Positions 8,292-17,170 of a DNA stretch of 64,000 nt are shown here, in pieces (the first letter of the stretch is position 1; every line of letters begins with the position of its first letter). The notes beneath the pieces were generated by a model that worked only from the letters and a program-made list of their open reading frames with translations, searched no databases and was not told where the DNA came from. A program made the translations under genes and the position numbers. Source of the stretch: an uncultured Candidatus Peribacteria bacterium (lineage in GTDB: Bacteria; Patescibacteriota; Gracilibacteria; UBA1369; UBA12473); NCBI GenBank assembly GCA_964491515.1, contig CAZBGQ010000004.1:18326-82325 (forward strand). The letters run 5' to 3'.

Positions 8292-9218
8292 ATGAAATAC
8301 ATAGTCACTGGAGGGGCAGGATTTATAGGAAGTCATCTTTGTACAGCACTTTTAGCTGATGGGCATAGTGTTCTATGTGTGGATGATTTCTCGACGGGAA
8401 CCAAAGAGAATATTATTGAATTGAAAGAGAGTAATGATTTTAAGTGCGTCGAGCATGATATTACAGAGCCATTGGGTGACTTAGTGGAAGAAGTAGATGG
8501 TATTTACCACTTGGCTTGTCCAGCTTCCCCTGTGGATTATGCAGCATTTCCTATAAAAACTTTATTGACCTCTTCACTGGGAACTAAAAATGTCTTAGAT
8601 TATGCCGTAAAGAAAAAAGCTCGGGTACTATTTACCTCAACTTCCGAGGTTTATGGGTCTCCCCTTGAGCATCCACAGGTGGAAACTTACTGGGGGAACG
8701 TGAATAGCGTAGGCCCGCGGTCATGCTACGATGAAGGAAAACGTTATGCAGAAAGCTTGGTTACTAATTATGGAGGGGAGCTCGGATTGGATGCAAGGAT
8801 AATTCGCATTTTTAACACGTATGGGCCGCGCATGAGAGCTTATGACGGGCGGGTGATTCCTAATTTCATAAGGCAAGCTTTAGAGGGCAAGGAAATAACT
8901 ATTTATGGAGACGGAAAGCAAACACGTTCTTTTTGTTATGTAGATGACATGGTGAAAGGGTTACGCGGGATTATGGAAGCCGACCATGTTGCTGGGCCTG
9001 TTAATTGGGGAAATCCTGAAGAGGTGACAATGTTAGAACTTGCAAACTTAATATTAGAGCTAACTAAAAGTAAGAGTAGTATTATAAAAAAGAAATTGCC
9101 GATCGACGATCCTACTCGTCGTTGCCCTGATATTTCAAAGGGAAAGGCGTTACTCGGATTTGAGCCGACAGTGTCACTAGAGGTTGGCTTGGGTCGAATG
9201 CTTGAGTCGTGGGTATAG
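8292..9218 (+). CDS. UDP-glucuronate decarboxylase (UDP-xylose synthase), SDR family
   Basis: TGGAGFIGSH Rossmann motif, YDEGKRYAESL catalytic YxxxK context, and RIFNTYGPRM...DGRVIPNFIRQAL...GDGKQTRSFCYVDD, all typical of UXS enzymes. Confidence 0.85.
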   Translation: MKYIVTGGAGFIGSHLCTALLADGHSVLCVDDFSTGTKENIIELKESNDFKCVEHDITEPLGDLVEEVDGIYHLACPASPVDYAAFPIKTLLTSSLGTKNVLDYAVKKKARVLFTSTSEVYGSPLEHPQVETYWGNVNSVGPRSCYDEGKRYAESLVTNYGGELGLDARIIRIFNTYGPRMRAYDGRVIPNFIRQALEGKEITIYGDGKQTRSFCYVDDMVKGLRGIMEADHVAGPVNWGNPEEVTMLELANLILELTKSKSSIIKKKLPIDDPTRRCPDISKGKALLGFEPTVSLEVGLGRMLESWV

Positions 9219-9240
9219 AATAAGAATAAATTAAAAGTTT

Positions 9241-10581
9241 ATGAAAATTTGTATTGTAGGTACCGGATATGTTGGTTTGGTCACAGGCGCTTGCTTGGCA
9301 GACTGGGGGAACACCGTAGTTTGTGTTGATATTAATAAGGAAAAAATTGAGCGATTGAATCAAGGGATTTTGCCGATTTACGAACCGGAGCTTGGGGCGG
9401 TTGTTGATCGGAATAAAAGGAATGGAAATTTGAGTTTTTCGATGGACATAGCATCTGCGATCAGCTCCTCAGCGGTGGTTGTTAATGCCGTAGGCACTCC
9501 ACTAGGTAAAGATGGGGAAGCGGATTTAGGTGCCGTGGAAAGTGTAGCGAGAGATTTTGGAAGATACGCCAAGGGCTACGCGCTTTTTGTCAATAAGTCG
9601 ACCATCCCCATGGGGAAAAGTGAGTATTTGAAATCTCTCATTCAAGACGAATATGATCAGAGGGAACTATCTCTACGGGAGGGGTTAGTATTTGATGTAG
9701 TCAATAATCCCGAATTCTTAAGAGAAGGAAGTGCTGTGAAAGATTTCACAGATCCTGATCGTGTAATTGTAGGAGTGGAGTCTGATCAGGCCGGGGAGAT
9801 AATGAGAAAGCTATATGAGCCCTTAATTGAGAGGGGAATTTCATACATGGAAACGTCATGTAGTAATGCGGAAGCGATTAAGTACGCATCTAATGCTTTT
9901 TTGGCTACGAAGATTTCATTTGTTAATGAGATGGCTATGCTCTGCGAAAAATACGGAGCAAATATTGAGGAGGTTGCATTGGGGATGGGGATGGATCCTA
10001 GGATTGCTCCGGCTTTTTTAAAGGCAGGAATCGGTTATGGAGGAAGTTGTTTGCCGAAGGATGTAGCTCAACTCATCGTCTCCGGTCAGAGTCAGGGGGT
10101 TGATATGCTTTTGTTAAAAGCGGTAAATGAAATAAATCAGGCTCAATCGGATCGGTTTATTGATCGGCTTAAAGAAGTTTACCCGGATCTAAGCGGGTTA
10201 ACCGTGGCGGTATGGGGTTTGACGTTTAAGCCAGAGACAGATGATATTCGCGAGGCGGCCGCTTTTCGAATTATCCCCAAATTATTAAAGAAGGGGGTCA
10301 CTGTTCAGGTTTTTGACCCGGAGGGTATGGAAAATGCTAAAGCTCAGCTTGGGGAAAGTGTGGTTTACGCAAAGACACCCTATAAGGCGTTAGAGGCTGC
10401 GGATGGATTACTCATTTTAACGGAATGGGATGTTTTTAGGAATGCAGATCTGGTGGAGGTCAAAAAACATTTAAAAAAAGCGGTAGTCATTGATGGACGA
10501 AACCTTTATGATCTGAATGAAATGGAATCAATGGAGTTTATTTACAGGAGTATTGGGCGCACACTAAAATCAATTAATTAG
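9241..10581 (+). CDS. ugd: UDP-glucose 6-dehydrogenase
   Basis: MKICIVGTGYVGLVTGACLA N-terminus, GGSCLPKD catalytic-cysteine motif, and typical length (446 aa). Confidence 0.9.
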   Translation: MKICIVGTGYVGLVTGACLADWGNTVVCVDINKEKIERLNQGILPIYEPELGAVVDRNKRNGNLSFSMDIASAISSSAVVVNAVGTPLGKDGEADLGAVESVARDFGRYAKGYALFVNKSTIPMGKSEYLKSLIQDEYDQRELSLREGLVFDVVNNPEFLREGSAVKDFTDPDRVIVGVESDQAGEIMRKLYEPLIERGISYMETSCSNAEAIKYASNAFLATKISFVNEMAMLCEKYGANIEEVALGMGMDPRIAPAFLKAGIGYGGSCLPKDVAQLIVSGQSQGVDMLLLKAVNEINQAQSDRFIDRLKEVYPDLSGLTVAVWGLTFKPETDDIREAAAFRIIPKLLKKGVTVQVFDPEGMENAKAQLGESVVYAKTPYKALEAADGLLILTEWDVFRNADLVEVKKHLKKAVVIDGRNLYDLNEMESMEFIYRSIGRTLKSIN

Positions 10582-10586
10582 TCATT

Positions 10587-11534
10587 ATGAAGTATATTAT
10601 TACCGGTGGAGCGGGATTCATTGGCTCTCATATTGTCGAAGCATTAGTCAGAGGAGGCGATAGCGTAGTGGTTGTTGATGACTTTTCAACAGGAAAGCAT
10701 GAAAATTTAGCTCCATGGAAAAATGAAATTGAAATTGTCGAGGGAAGTATCGAAAACTTAGAGCTTCTTTCTCGTGCTTTTAAAGGGGCAGATTATGTGC
10801 TTCATCAAGCGGCCCTGCCCTCGGTTCCTAGATCCATAAAGCTGCCACTTGCAACGCATAATATTAATATGACCGGAACTTTAAATGTGTTATTAGCAGC
10901 AAGAGACAATGGTGTTAAAAGGGTTGTTTGTGCAAGTTCCTCCTCTGTATATGGAAATCAAAAAGAGGATCAAGCGAAGATAGAATCTATGCGTACGCAG
11001 GCGTTATCCCCTTATGCTTTGACTAAGTTGGGAGGAGAGGAATACGCGCGTATTTTTTATGAAATGTACGGATTGGAAACGGTAAGCCTTAGATATTTTA
11101 ATGTATTTGGGCCACGCCAGGATCCTGCGTCTGCTTATGCAGCAGTGATTCCTAAGTTTATTCATGCGGCGCTTACGAATTCTCCAGCTACTATTCATGG
11201 GGATGGGATGCAAAGTCGAGATTTTACCTACGTGACCAATAATGTGTCAGCGAATTTGCTAGCATGTACTGCGCCCGCAGAAAAAGTAGCGGGAAAAGTA
11301 TTCAATATTGCCGCGGGTGATAACATCACTCTTTTGGATTTGCTCAGTGGGATAGAAAAAAATATGGGAGTTTCTATCGAGAAAGTTTTTGAAAACCCAC
11401 GGGAGGGAGATATCCATTTTTCTCAGGCCGATATTACGAAAGCCACCAAAGCACTGAATTACAAGGTCGATGTAGCTTTTGAGGAGGGGCTTATGCGGAC
11501 AATTGAGTGGTTTGAAATGGATAAAGATAAATAG
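10587..11534 (+). CDS. UDP-GlcNAc / UDP-GlcNAcA 4-epimerase, WbpP/TviC family
   Basis: TGGAGFIGSH, SSSSVYG, SPYALTK, and LRYFNVFGPRQDPASAYAAVIPKF...HGDGMQSRDFTYVTNNVSANLLA. This closely follows the WbpP/TviC pattern. Confidence 0.8.
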   Translation: MKYIITGGAGFIGSHIVEALVRGGDSVVVVDDFSTGKHENLAPWKNEIEIVEGSIENLELLSRAFKGADYVLHQAALPSVPRSIKLPLATHNINMTGTLNVLLAARDNGVKRVVCASSSSVYGNQKEDQAKIESMRTQALSPYALTKLGGEEYARIFYEMYGLETVSLRYFNVFGPRQDPASAYAAVIPKFIHAALTNSPATIHGDGMQSRDFTYVTNNVSANLLACTAPAEKVAGKVFNIAAGDNITLLDLLSGIEKNMGVSIEKVFENPREGDIHFSQADITKATKALNYKVDVAFEEGLMRTIEWFEMDKDK

Positions 11535-11538
11535 AATT

Positions 11539-14082
11539 ATGAAATTTTTAAGACAAGCCATTCTCATTTTGGTTCTGAGTAATTTATGGAATGGGGTGGG
11601 TCACGTATTGGCAAGTGAAATGGAAACGGTTACCTCTCCTCTGGGGGTATATTTAGAGGCCAAGGATTATAGAGTTGAAACTTTTCCCTGTGAAAATTTA
11701 ATCCCTTTAGATACATCTCTTGATGAGGATGAGGAGACAGGTCCTACTTGCCTGATTGAGGGAAATAGCGACGTTAATGAGGAGAGTTTTTATTTGTTTG
11801 AGAAAAGTTTCCAGGAGGGGCAAGACATGTTGATTTCAGGGCAACGGGAAGTATTAGACTTTTTTGGAGTTGATTTCTATGAAGATGATATAAAAAAGGG
11901 GGTTCAAATTGTTTCGGATAAAACAAGTGTGATATTTGTTGATGATTCTGTGGGTAAAAAAGAGTTCAGTCAGTGTATTAGTCAGGAGCTTATTTATACT
12001 AATGAAGAAGTTGGCCCGATGGCGGCACAATGGCTTTGCCTTCAAGGTGAAAGCGATAATTTGCAAAAAATCACATTCATGAGCCCCGATGTGATGTTGC
12101 TTTTAGATGCACAAAGAGATGGTATTTTTGAGGAGATTCGGCGGTCAGGGGGGAGCATAGAAGAAGGTGAATATATAGCTGAAGTATTAGGCGAAAATAA
12201 TTCCTGGGGTAAGGTGATTACGATTGTGGGCGGTGCCATTTGTTTATTTTGGATTGTTTTTATTATTCAAAAATTGATTGAGGTTAAAAAAAGAAAACCA
12301 GAAGTATTAGTTAAAATTTTTAGCTGGATATTGTTGATATGCACATTAAACATGGTGACACTTTATATGTTGGGAGTTTTACCAAGCGGGGCGTTTAGTA
12401 TCTATATTGTGATTTACATATTGGCCAGCATGGCATTAGTTAGGGGGTGGAGAATGATTTCCACTGGATCAATTTTGGGGAAATGGTTGCATGGAAGCGA
12501 TAAAGAGTTTTTGCTAAGAAAGTGGGCCTTTCGCTTATTGAGTATCTGCGGCGTAGTTTGGTTGTATACATTTTTCTTATGGCCAGAACAACAATCGATT
12601 CCAGTAATGGGTTTTTTGATTGCAGTCACTGTGCTTGTAATTACAGAGGGAGAGATTAGGGAGGATAATGAAAATTATAGAAAATTTATTCTTTCAGCTT
12701 TTAAGTGGCTTCCCGTTATTTTTATAGTTTTTGCAATGTGGAATAACTTTAATGTGAAGAACGAGCAAACTTGGAGGGCGGAGGATGTAGGCTTGAAACA
12801 AGGTGTGGAACTATCAAATATGTCTGAGGGCTCATTAGACGGACGGAGTAGTAATAATGGAATAATTCTAAGTGAGCCAACACTTATTACGGTTAAAAAT
12901 CCTAGCAGGATAATAGGGAAAAGCTTTGAGCATGCAACTATTTATGCCAAGGTCCAAAGTAATCAGGTGTTGAACTTGATAGATGATAATGGGAAAGCTT
13001 TTCAGGAAGACTCAGTTTTTACTATTCCAGATCAGGAAGAGTACAGTTTGATTGCAAGGCATAAGGTCAGTGGATTAGCATTTTACAGAGAAAAATCATC
13101 ACCACTTATTAAGATCTCACAGGAGGAAACAATACAGGAAATTTTAGATAATAAATTTGAGGAAAATAATGTTTTGAGTGATCTGTCCCAATCGGCTGGG
13201 GGGAGTAATCTCAAGAAAACTTTTGGTTTTATTGAACCGGAAGTCGAACCGGAAACGGAAGACGAAGAGAGCATTGATGAACCTATTGTAACGACAGGAA
13301 GTGTTTGGGATATCCCATTAAAGGGCGGAAAAGGTTATAGTTTTTTTATTGAAGCAGGAAAAGATCCGCTGAGTCTAGATTTAGATCTAACTAAATTTGA
13401 AAGCAATACAATTGAAGATGAATTTATCGAGATTAGTATCTTTAATGATAAAGGTGTAAATGAAAAATTTTATAATATAAAAATAGATCAAGCCCAATTA
13501 CAGGAGATTCATATTGAAGATTTATTGAGGCCAGGTATCTATCGGGTTCAAATTAATGGTATATCGGATTCACCGATTGATGATCAGAAGTACGTAAGAA
13601 CTAATCATAGGATTGATAGAATCGAAAGCAATAGTCCTATCCTGATTTTTCATGTTAAGGATATGGAAATGTTGGGAGCAGGGGACATTACCTTCTATGA
13701 TGTAGGTGATCAAACTGTTATTAAGAAAGATGGTACAGAGAGGAGGAATTATAGTAAAAAAACACTTGAGACGGTTAGTTTCCCTGAGGAGGGAGGTAGA
13801 ATTCATTCGGACTCACCATTGTTGATTGCTTCTTCTCCTGAAAGGTGGCGTTCGCCTTTTTCTGTGAATAAAATTAGAAATATAAGAAACACTACACAAT
13901 ATATCTTAGTGAAGGATGGTGCTTTGGGGACTATTACACAAAGTGAAGAAGGGCTAGTTTTCGAGAAAACATTCGAAATCCCTAGGAGTTTTGGGAATCT
14001 TCGTTGGAAGTTGATGATTGGTGATGGGCAGGAAGGGGCTGGGTTTTATGAAATCAAAGAAATTAAGATAAAATTTTCATAA
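11539..14082 (+). CDS. Large membrane protein of unknown function (signal peptide, ~210-aa acidic ectodomain, ~6 TM helices, ~430-aa C-terminal domain)
   Basis: Long ORF. Start taken at MKFLRQAILILVLSNLW (ATG 11539), just after the upstream stop. No recognisable catalytic motif. Confidence 0.7.
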   Translation: MKFLRQAILILVLSNLWNGVGHVLASEMETVTSPLGVYLEAKDYRVETFPCENLIPLDTSLDEDEETGPTCLIEGNSDVNEESFYLFEKSFQEGQDMLISGQREVLDFFGVDFYEDDIKKGVQIVSDKTSVIFVDDSVGKKEFSQCISQELIYTNEEVGPMAAQWLCLQGESDNLQKITFMSPDVMLLLDAQRDGIFEEIRRSGGSIEEGEYIAEVLGENNSWGKVITIVGGAICLFWIVFIIQKLIEVKKRKPEVLVKIFSWILLICTLNMVTLYMLGVLPSGAFSIYIVIYILASMALVRGWRMISTGSILGKWLHGSDKEFLLRKWAFRLLSICGVVWLYTFFLWPEQQSIPVMGFLIAVTVLVITEGEIREDNENYRKFILSAFKWLPVIFIVFAMWNNFNVKNEQTWRAEDVGLKQGVELSNMSEGSLDGRSSNNGIILSEPTLITVKNPSRIIGKSFEHATIYAKVQSNQVLNLIDDNGKAFQEDSVFTIPDQEEYSLIARHKVSGLAFYREKSSPLIKISQEETIQEILDNKFEENNVLSDLSQSAGGSNLKKTFGFIEPEVEPETEDEESIDEPIVTTGSVWDIPLKGGKGYSFFIEAGKDPLSLDLDLTKFESNTIEDEFIEISIFNDKGVNEKFYNIKIDQAQLQEIHIEDLLRPGIYRVQINGISDSPIDDQKYVRTNHRIDRIESNSPILIFHVKDMEMLGAGDITFYDVGDQTVIKKDGTERRNYSKKTLETVSFPEEGGRIHSDSPLLIASSPERWRSPFSVNKIRNIRNTTQYILVKDGALGTITQSEEGLVFEKTFEIPRSFGNLRWKLMIGDGQEGAGFYEIKEIKIKFS

Positions 14083-14083
14083 T

Positions 14084-14455
14084 ATGAAATCATTTTTTAG
14101 TGAATATATAGAGCGAGGGGCCTACAGTCTTCTGTTAACATCATTGATCGCATTTTTAATGCAATCAATGGCACCTTCTTTGGGTTGGGCTATCTTAGTA
14201 GGGATCGCAGCCACTGTTGGCAATGGAGTGGTATTTAAAGAAGGTTTAAGGAAGTTAAAGTTTCCTTATTTAGAAGGTTTAGCCCTTAATGATAGGTATT
14301 TACTATGGCTAGGGGGCTTGTCAATCGTGACAGGGGGGATTATGGTAAAGGTATTTATGTATCTCACAAAAGTTGAGTATGCAATCTTGTTGGGGCTACT
14401 AAGTGGGATCGCTTCATTTTTATGTTTGATTATTTTATATTATGAAAAAGATTGA
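14084..14455 (+). CDS. Small 4-TM membrane protein, unknown function
   Basis: 123 aa with four hydrophobic segments. Starts 2 nt after the upstream stop and overlaps the next gene by 14 nt. Confidence 0.6.
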   Translation: MKSFFSEYIERGAYSLLLTSLIAFLMQSMAPSLGWAILVGIAATVGNGVVFKEGLRKLKFPYLEGLALNDRYLLWLGGLSIVTGGIMVKVFMYLTKVEYAILLGLLSGIASFLCLIILYYEKD

Positions 14456-14810
14456 TTGGAAATCAGCGAATAAGAAAATAGCAATTCCAATAGGGTTGGC
14501 CTTGGTTGCATTGCTAGTAGCAACATTATTGAAATTTGATTATATTTTAGTATTGAAAGGGGCGATTGGTATCCCACTCCTTGCTATTTTGCCAGGGTGG
14601 ATATGGATTGGCATTCTTTCCCCCAAAACGACAGGAATTATTGAGAAGTTGGCACTGAGTTGGATGTTATCAATAGTATTGGTTGGTTGGTCAGTTTATG
14701 GATTGCGGTATTTAGTTTTTGAAAAAATAACAAATGTGACTATTATTATGGCGCTTACTTTGGTTGTGGGGTTAGGGTTAGTTTTACAATTTATCAAAAA
14801 AAAGAAATGA
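14442..14810 (+). CDS. Small 4-TM membrane protein, unknown function
   Basis: 122 aa with four hydrophobic segments and a KKKK tail. ATGA overlap with the downstream dehydrogenase gene. Confidence 0.6.
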   Translation: MKKIDWKSANKKIAIPIGLALVALLVATLLKFDYILVLKGAIGIPLLAILPGWIWIGILSPKTTGIIEKLALSWMLSIVLVGWSVYGLRYLVFEKITNVTIIMALTLVVGLGLVLQFIKKKK

Positions 14811-16099
14811 ACAATAAGCAACAAGTGATTTGTGTTGTAGGGCTTGGATATGTAGGAATGCCTTTGGCCGTGGCTTTCGGGCGTACGGAGCATCCGACAT
14901 ATGGGTACGATATTTCTACGGAGAAAGTGAATTCATTGAAAAACGACATAGATCTTAATAATGAAATAACTGAAGAAGAGCTAAAGAGTACAACGGTTAA
15001 TTATAGTGATGAGCCGGAGGTAATTGGACTTGCAGATGTAGTAATAGCGGCCGTCCCAACACCTATCGATAGCGAAAGAAACCCAGATTTAACACCCGTT
15101 GAAAGCGCGTCACGAACAATTGGTAAGCATATGAAAAAAGGCGTGACAGTCGTCTATGAGTCAACCGTTTATCCTGGCCTAACGGAGGAAATTTGTGTTC
15201 CTATCTTAGAAGAAGAGTCTGGGCTTAAGTTCGGGGAGGATTTTGAAATCGGGTATTCACCGGAAAGAATTAATCCTGGAGATAAAGAACACACCTTGGA
15301 ACGAATTAAAAAAATTGTAGCTGGAAGTACTCCAGAAACATTGGAAATGTTAAGTGCGCTTTATGGAGAAGTAGTCCTTGCAGGCATCCACGAAGCTCCA
15401 AGTATCAAGGTAGCAGAAGCAGCAAAGGTCATTGAAAACGTACAACGTGATTTGAATATTGCGTTGGTGAATGAACTGTCACTTATTTTTAAAAAACTAG
15501 GGATCAATACTATTGATGTGCTGAAGGCTGCAGAGACAAAATGGAATTTCCATAGTTATCGTCCAGGGTTGGTAGGTGGACATTGTATTGGCGTGGATCC
15601 TTATTATTTGACCTATAAAGCTCAAAAATCGGGATACGATCCGCAGGTTATATTGGCTGGAAGGAAGATCAACGATAATATGGCAAGTTGGGTGGTGGAC
15701 TATTTAGCAAAGGAACTGGGAAAAATGGACCGTCCGCTTGAATCAGCGAAGATATTGATGTTGGGGGTTACATTTAAGGAGAATGTGGCAGATTTAAGGA
15801 ATTCAAGAGCCAAGGATATTATTAAAATTTTAAAGGAGAGAGGGGCAGAGGTGTTTGGCTACGACCCATTATTAAGTAAGGAATCTATTGAAAGCAATTT
15901 CAGTGTGCCTGTCTTCGAAAACGTAGAGGAGCGTGAAGTATTTGATGGAATGATCTTATTTTCTCCTCATGACGAAATCGTTGATAACGTAGAAGATTTA
16001 ATCAGATGGGGGAAATCCCCTGTAGCTTTTGTTGATGTGAAATCTAAGGTGCGAGATAAATTAGAAAAAAAAGAAGCTATTTTTTATGAAACATTATAA
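14807..16099 (+). CDS. UDP-N-acetylhexosamine 6-dehydrogenase, WbpO/TviB family
   Basis: ICVVGLGYVGMPLAVAFG, the NDIDLNNEITEEEL segment, and the GGHCIGVDPYYL catalytic-cysteine motif. Confidence 0.8.
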   Translation: MNNKQQVICVVGLGYVGMPLAVAFGRTEHPTYGYDISTEKVNSLKNDIDLNNEITEEELKSTTVNYSDEPEVIGLADVVIAAVPTPIDSERNPDLTPVESASRTIGKHMKKGVTVVYESTVYPGLTEEICVPILEEESGLKFGEDFEIGYSPERINPGDKEHTLERIKKIVAGSTPETLEMLSALYGEVVLAGIHEAPSIKVAEAAKVIENVQRDLNIALVNELSLIFKKLGINTIDVLKAAETKWNFHSYRPGLVGGHCIGVDPYYLTYKAQKSGYDPQVILAGRKINDNMASWVVDYLAKELGKMDRPLESAKILMLGVTFKENVADLRNSRAKDIIKILKERGAEVFGYDPLLSKESIESNFSVPVFENVEEREVFDGMILFSPHDEIVDNVEDLIRWGKSPVAFVDVKSKVRDKLEKKEAIFYETL

Positions 16100-17014
16100 T
16101 TAGACTAATCGTTGGGCAATTTTTGTAGCAAGGTGAAAAGGCCAGCGGCCCAGGTAGGAGGTAAAAATAAGGCCATAGGTCTTTAGGCTTGGGGCATTTT
16201 GGGTCGCAAGCTTTAAGGCTTTGCGGCCTTCTACTTTGTTTCCAGAAAGAAAATATAAGTGAGCCATAACACATAGATAGTGTGCATATAATTTGGGGTT
16301 CACCCGTCTCATGTCTGTCCCAAAGGCATCTAAAAATTTCTTATAAGAACGAGCTCTTGGTTCTGCCCACTCCGGTTTCATGAGTTGGCGTGTTTGGCGG
16401 TTATTATTATCAGCTTCATAAATTCGGACCACCGTATTGTGAATCAATATTTTGTATTTCTGAAAGAGCTTAAGCCAAAAATATTTTTCAAAAGCAACCA
16501 TGTCTTCGGGAAACATTTCATCGGCAAACACTTTTCTTCGAACCATTGCTAGGAATTCTCCTTTCAAGGTTAACTCCCCCACCCATTCATCATAGGATAC
16601 AATGCCTTTTTTTTTATGGAAATGTGATTTCATTTTCCCGCTAGCTCGATCTTTTGTCCCGTAAAAGATTAGTGCAACGTCTTCACTTAATTCCGAAATA
16701 TCCCTTTTCATTACCTCAAAGGCATTTTCAGTGAGCTTATCGTCACTGTCTAATAATACAAGCCATTCTCCAGTGGCCATCTCTATGGCACGGTTTCGAG
16801 AAAAGTTAACCCCCCTATTTTTTGGGTCTCGACCTATTTTAATCCTTTTGTCTCCGATTGAGCGTACGACATCAGCCGTACCATCGGTGCTCCCATCGTC
16901 AAAAACAATAATCTCAAAATTCGATTCCTTTTGTCTTAATGCACTACGTATTGAATCTTTTATGCAATACGCACGATTGAAGGCCGGCATTATTACGCTA
17001 AATAAGGGAGGCAT
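16100..17014 (-). CDS. Family 2 glycosyltransferase
   Basis: FSVIMPAFNRAYCI...FEIIVFDDGSTDGT...LLDSDD (GT-A DxD). Confidence 0.85.
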   Translation of the reverse strand: MPPLFSVIMPAFNRAYCIKDSIRSALRQKESNFEIIVFDDGSTDGTADVVRSIGDKRIKIGRDPKNRGVNFSRNRAIEMATGEWLVLLDSDDKLTENAFEVMKRDISELSEDVALIFYGTKDRASGKMKSHFHKKKGIVSYDEWVGELTLKGEFLAMVRRKVFADEMFPEDMVAFEKYFWLKLFQKYKILIHNTVVRIYEADNNNRQTRQLMKPEWAEPRARSYKKFLDAFGTDMRRVNPKLYAHYLCVMAHLYFLSGNKVEGRKALKLATQNAPSLKTYGLIFTSYLGRWPFHLATKIAQRLV

Positions 17015-17170
17015 AGAATATGATTATAATTCTTAATTTATTTTAAGCTAAGGCGAAAGGAAGTGGAATAGCTTCTTTATAGTACATGGTATTGATGGAA
17101 TTCGAAATTTGCAGGAGTGGCACCTTCCGAGTATGATTTGTATTATACTAAATAAATATTACAATTTCTT

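Noticed and set aside
16097-16102. Stop-to-stop abutment TAATTA of the converging dehydrogenase and GT2 genes, considered as a regulatory feature
   Set aside because: Most simply explained by compact gene packing after an inversion or cassette insertion. No hairpin or other structure is present. It is noted only as part of the mosaic-composition finding.
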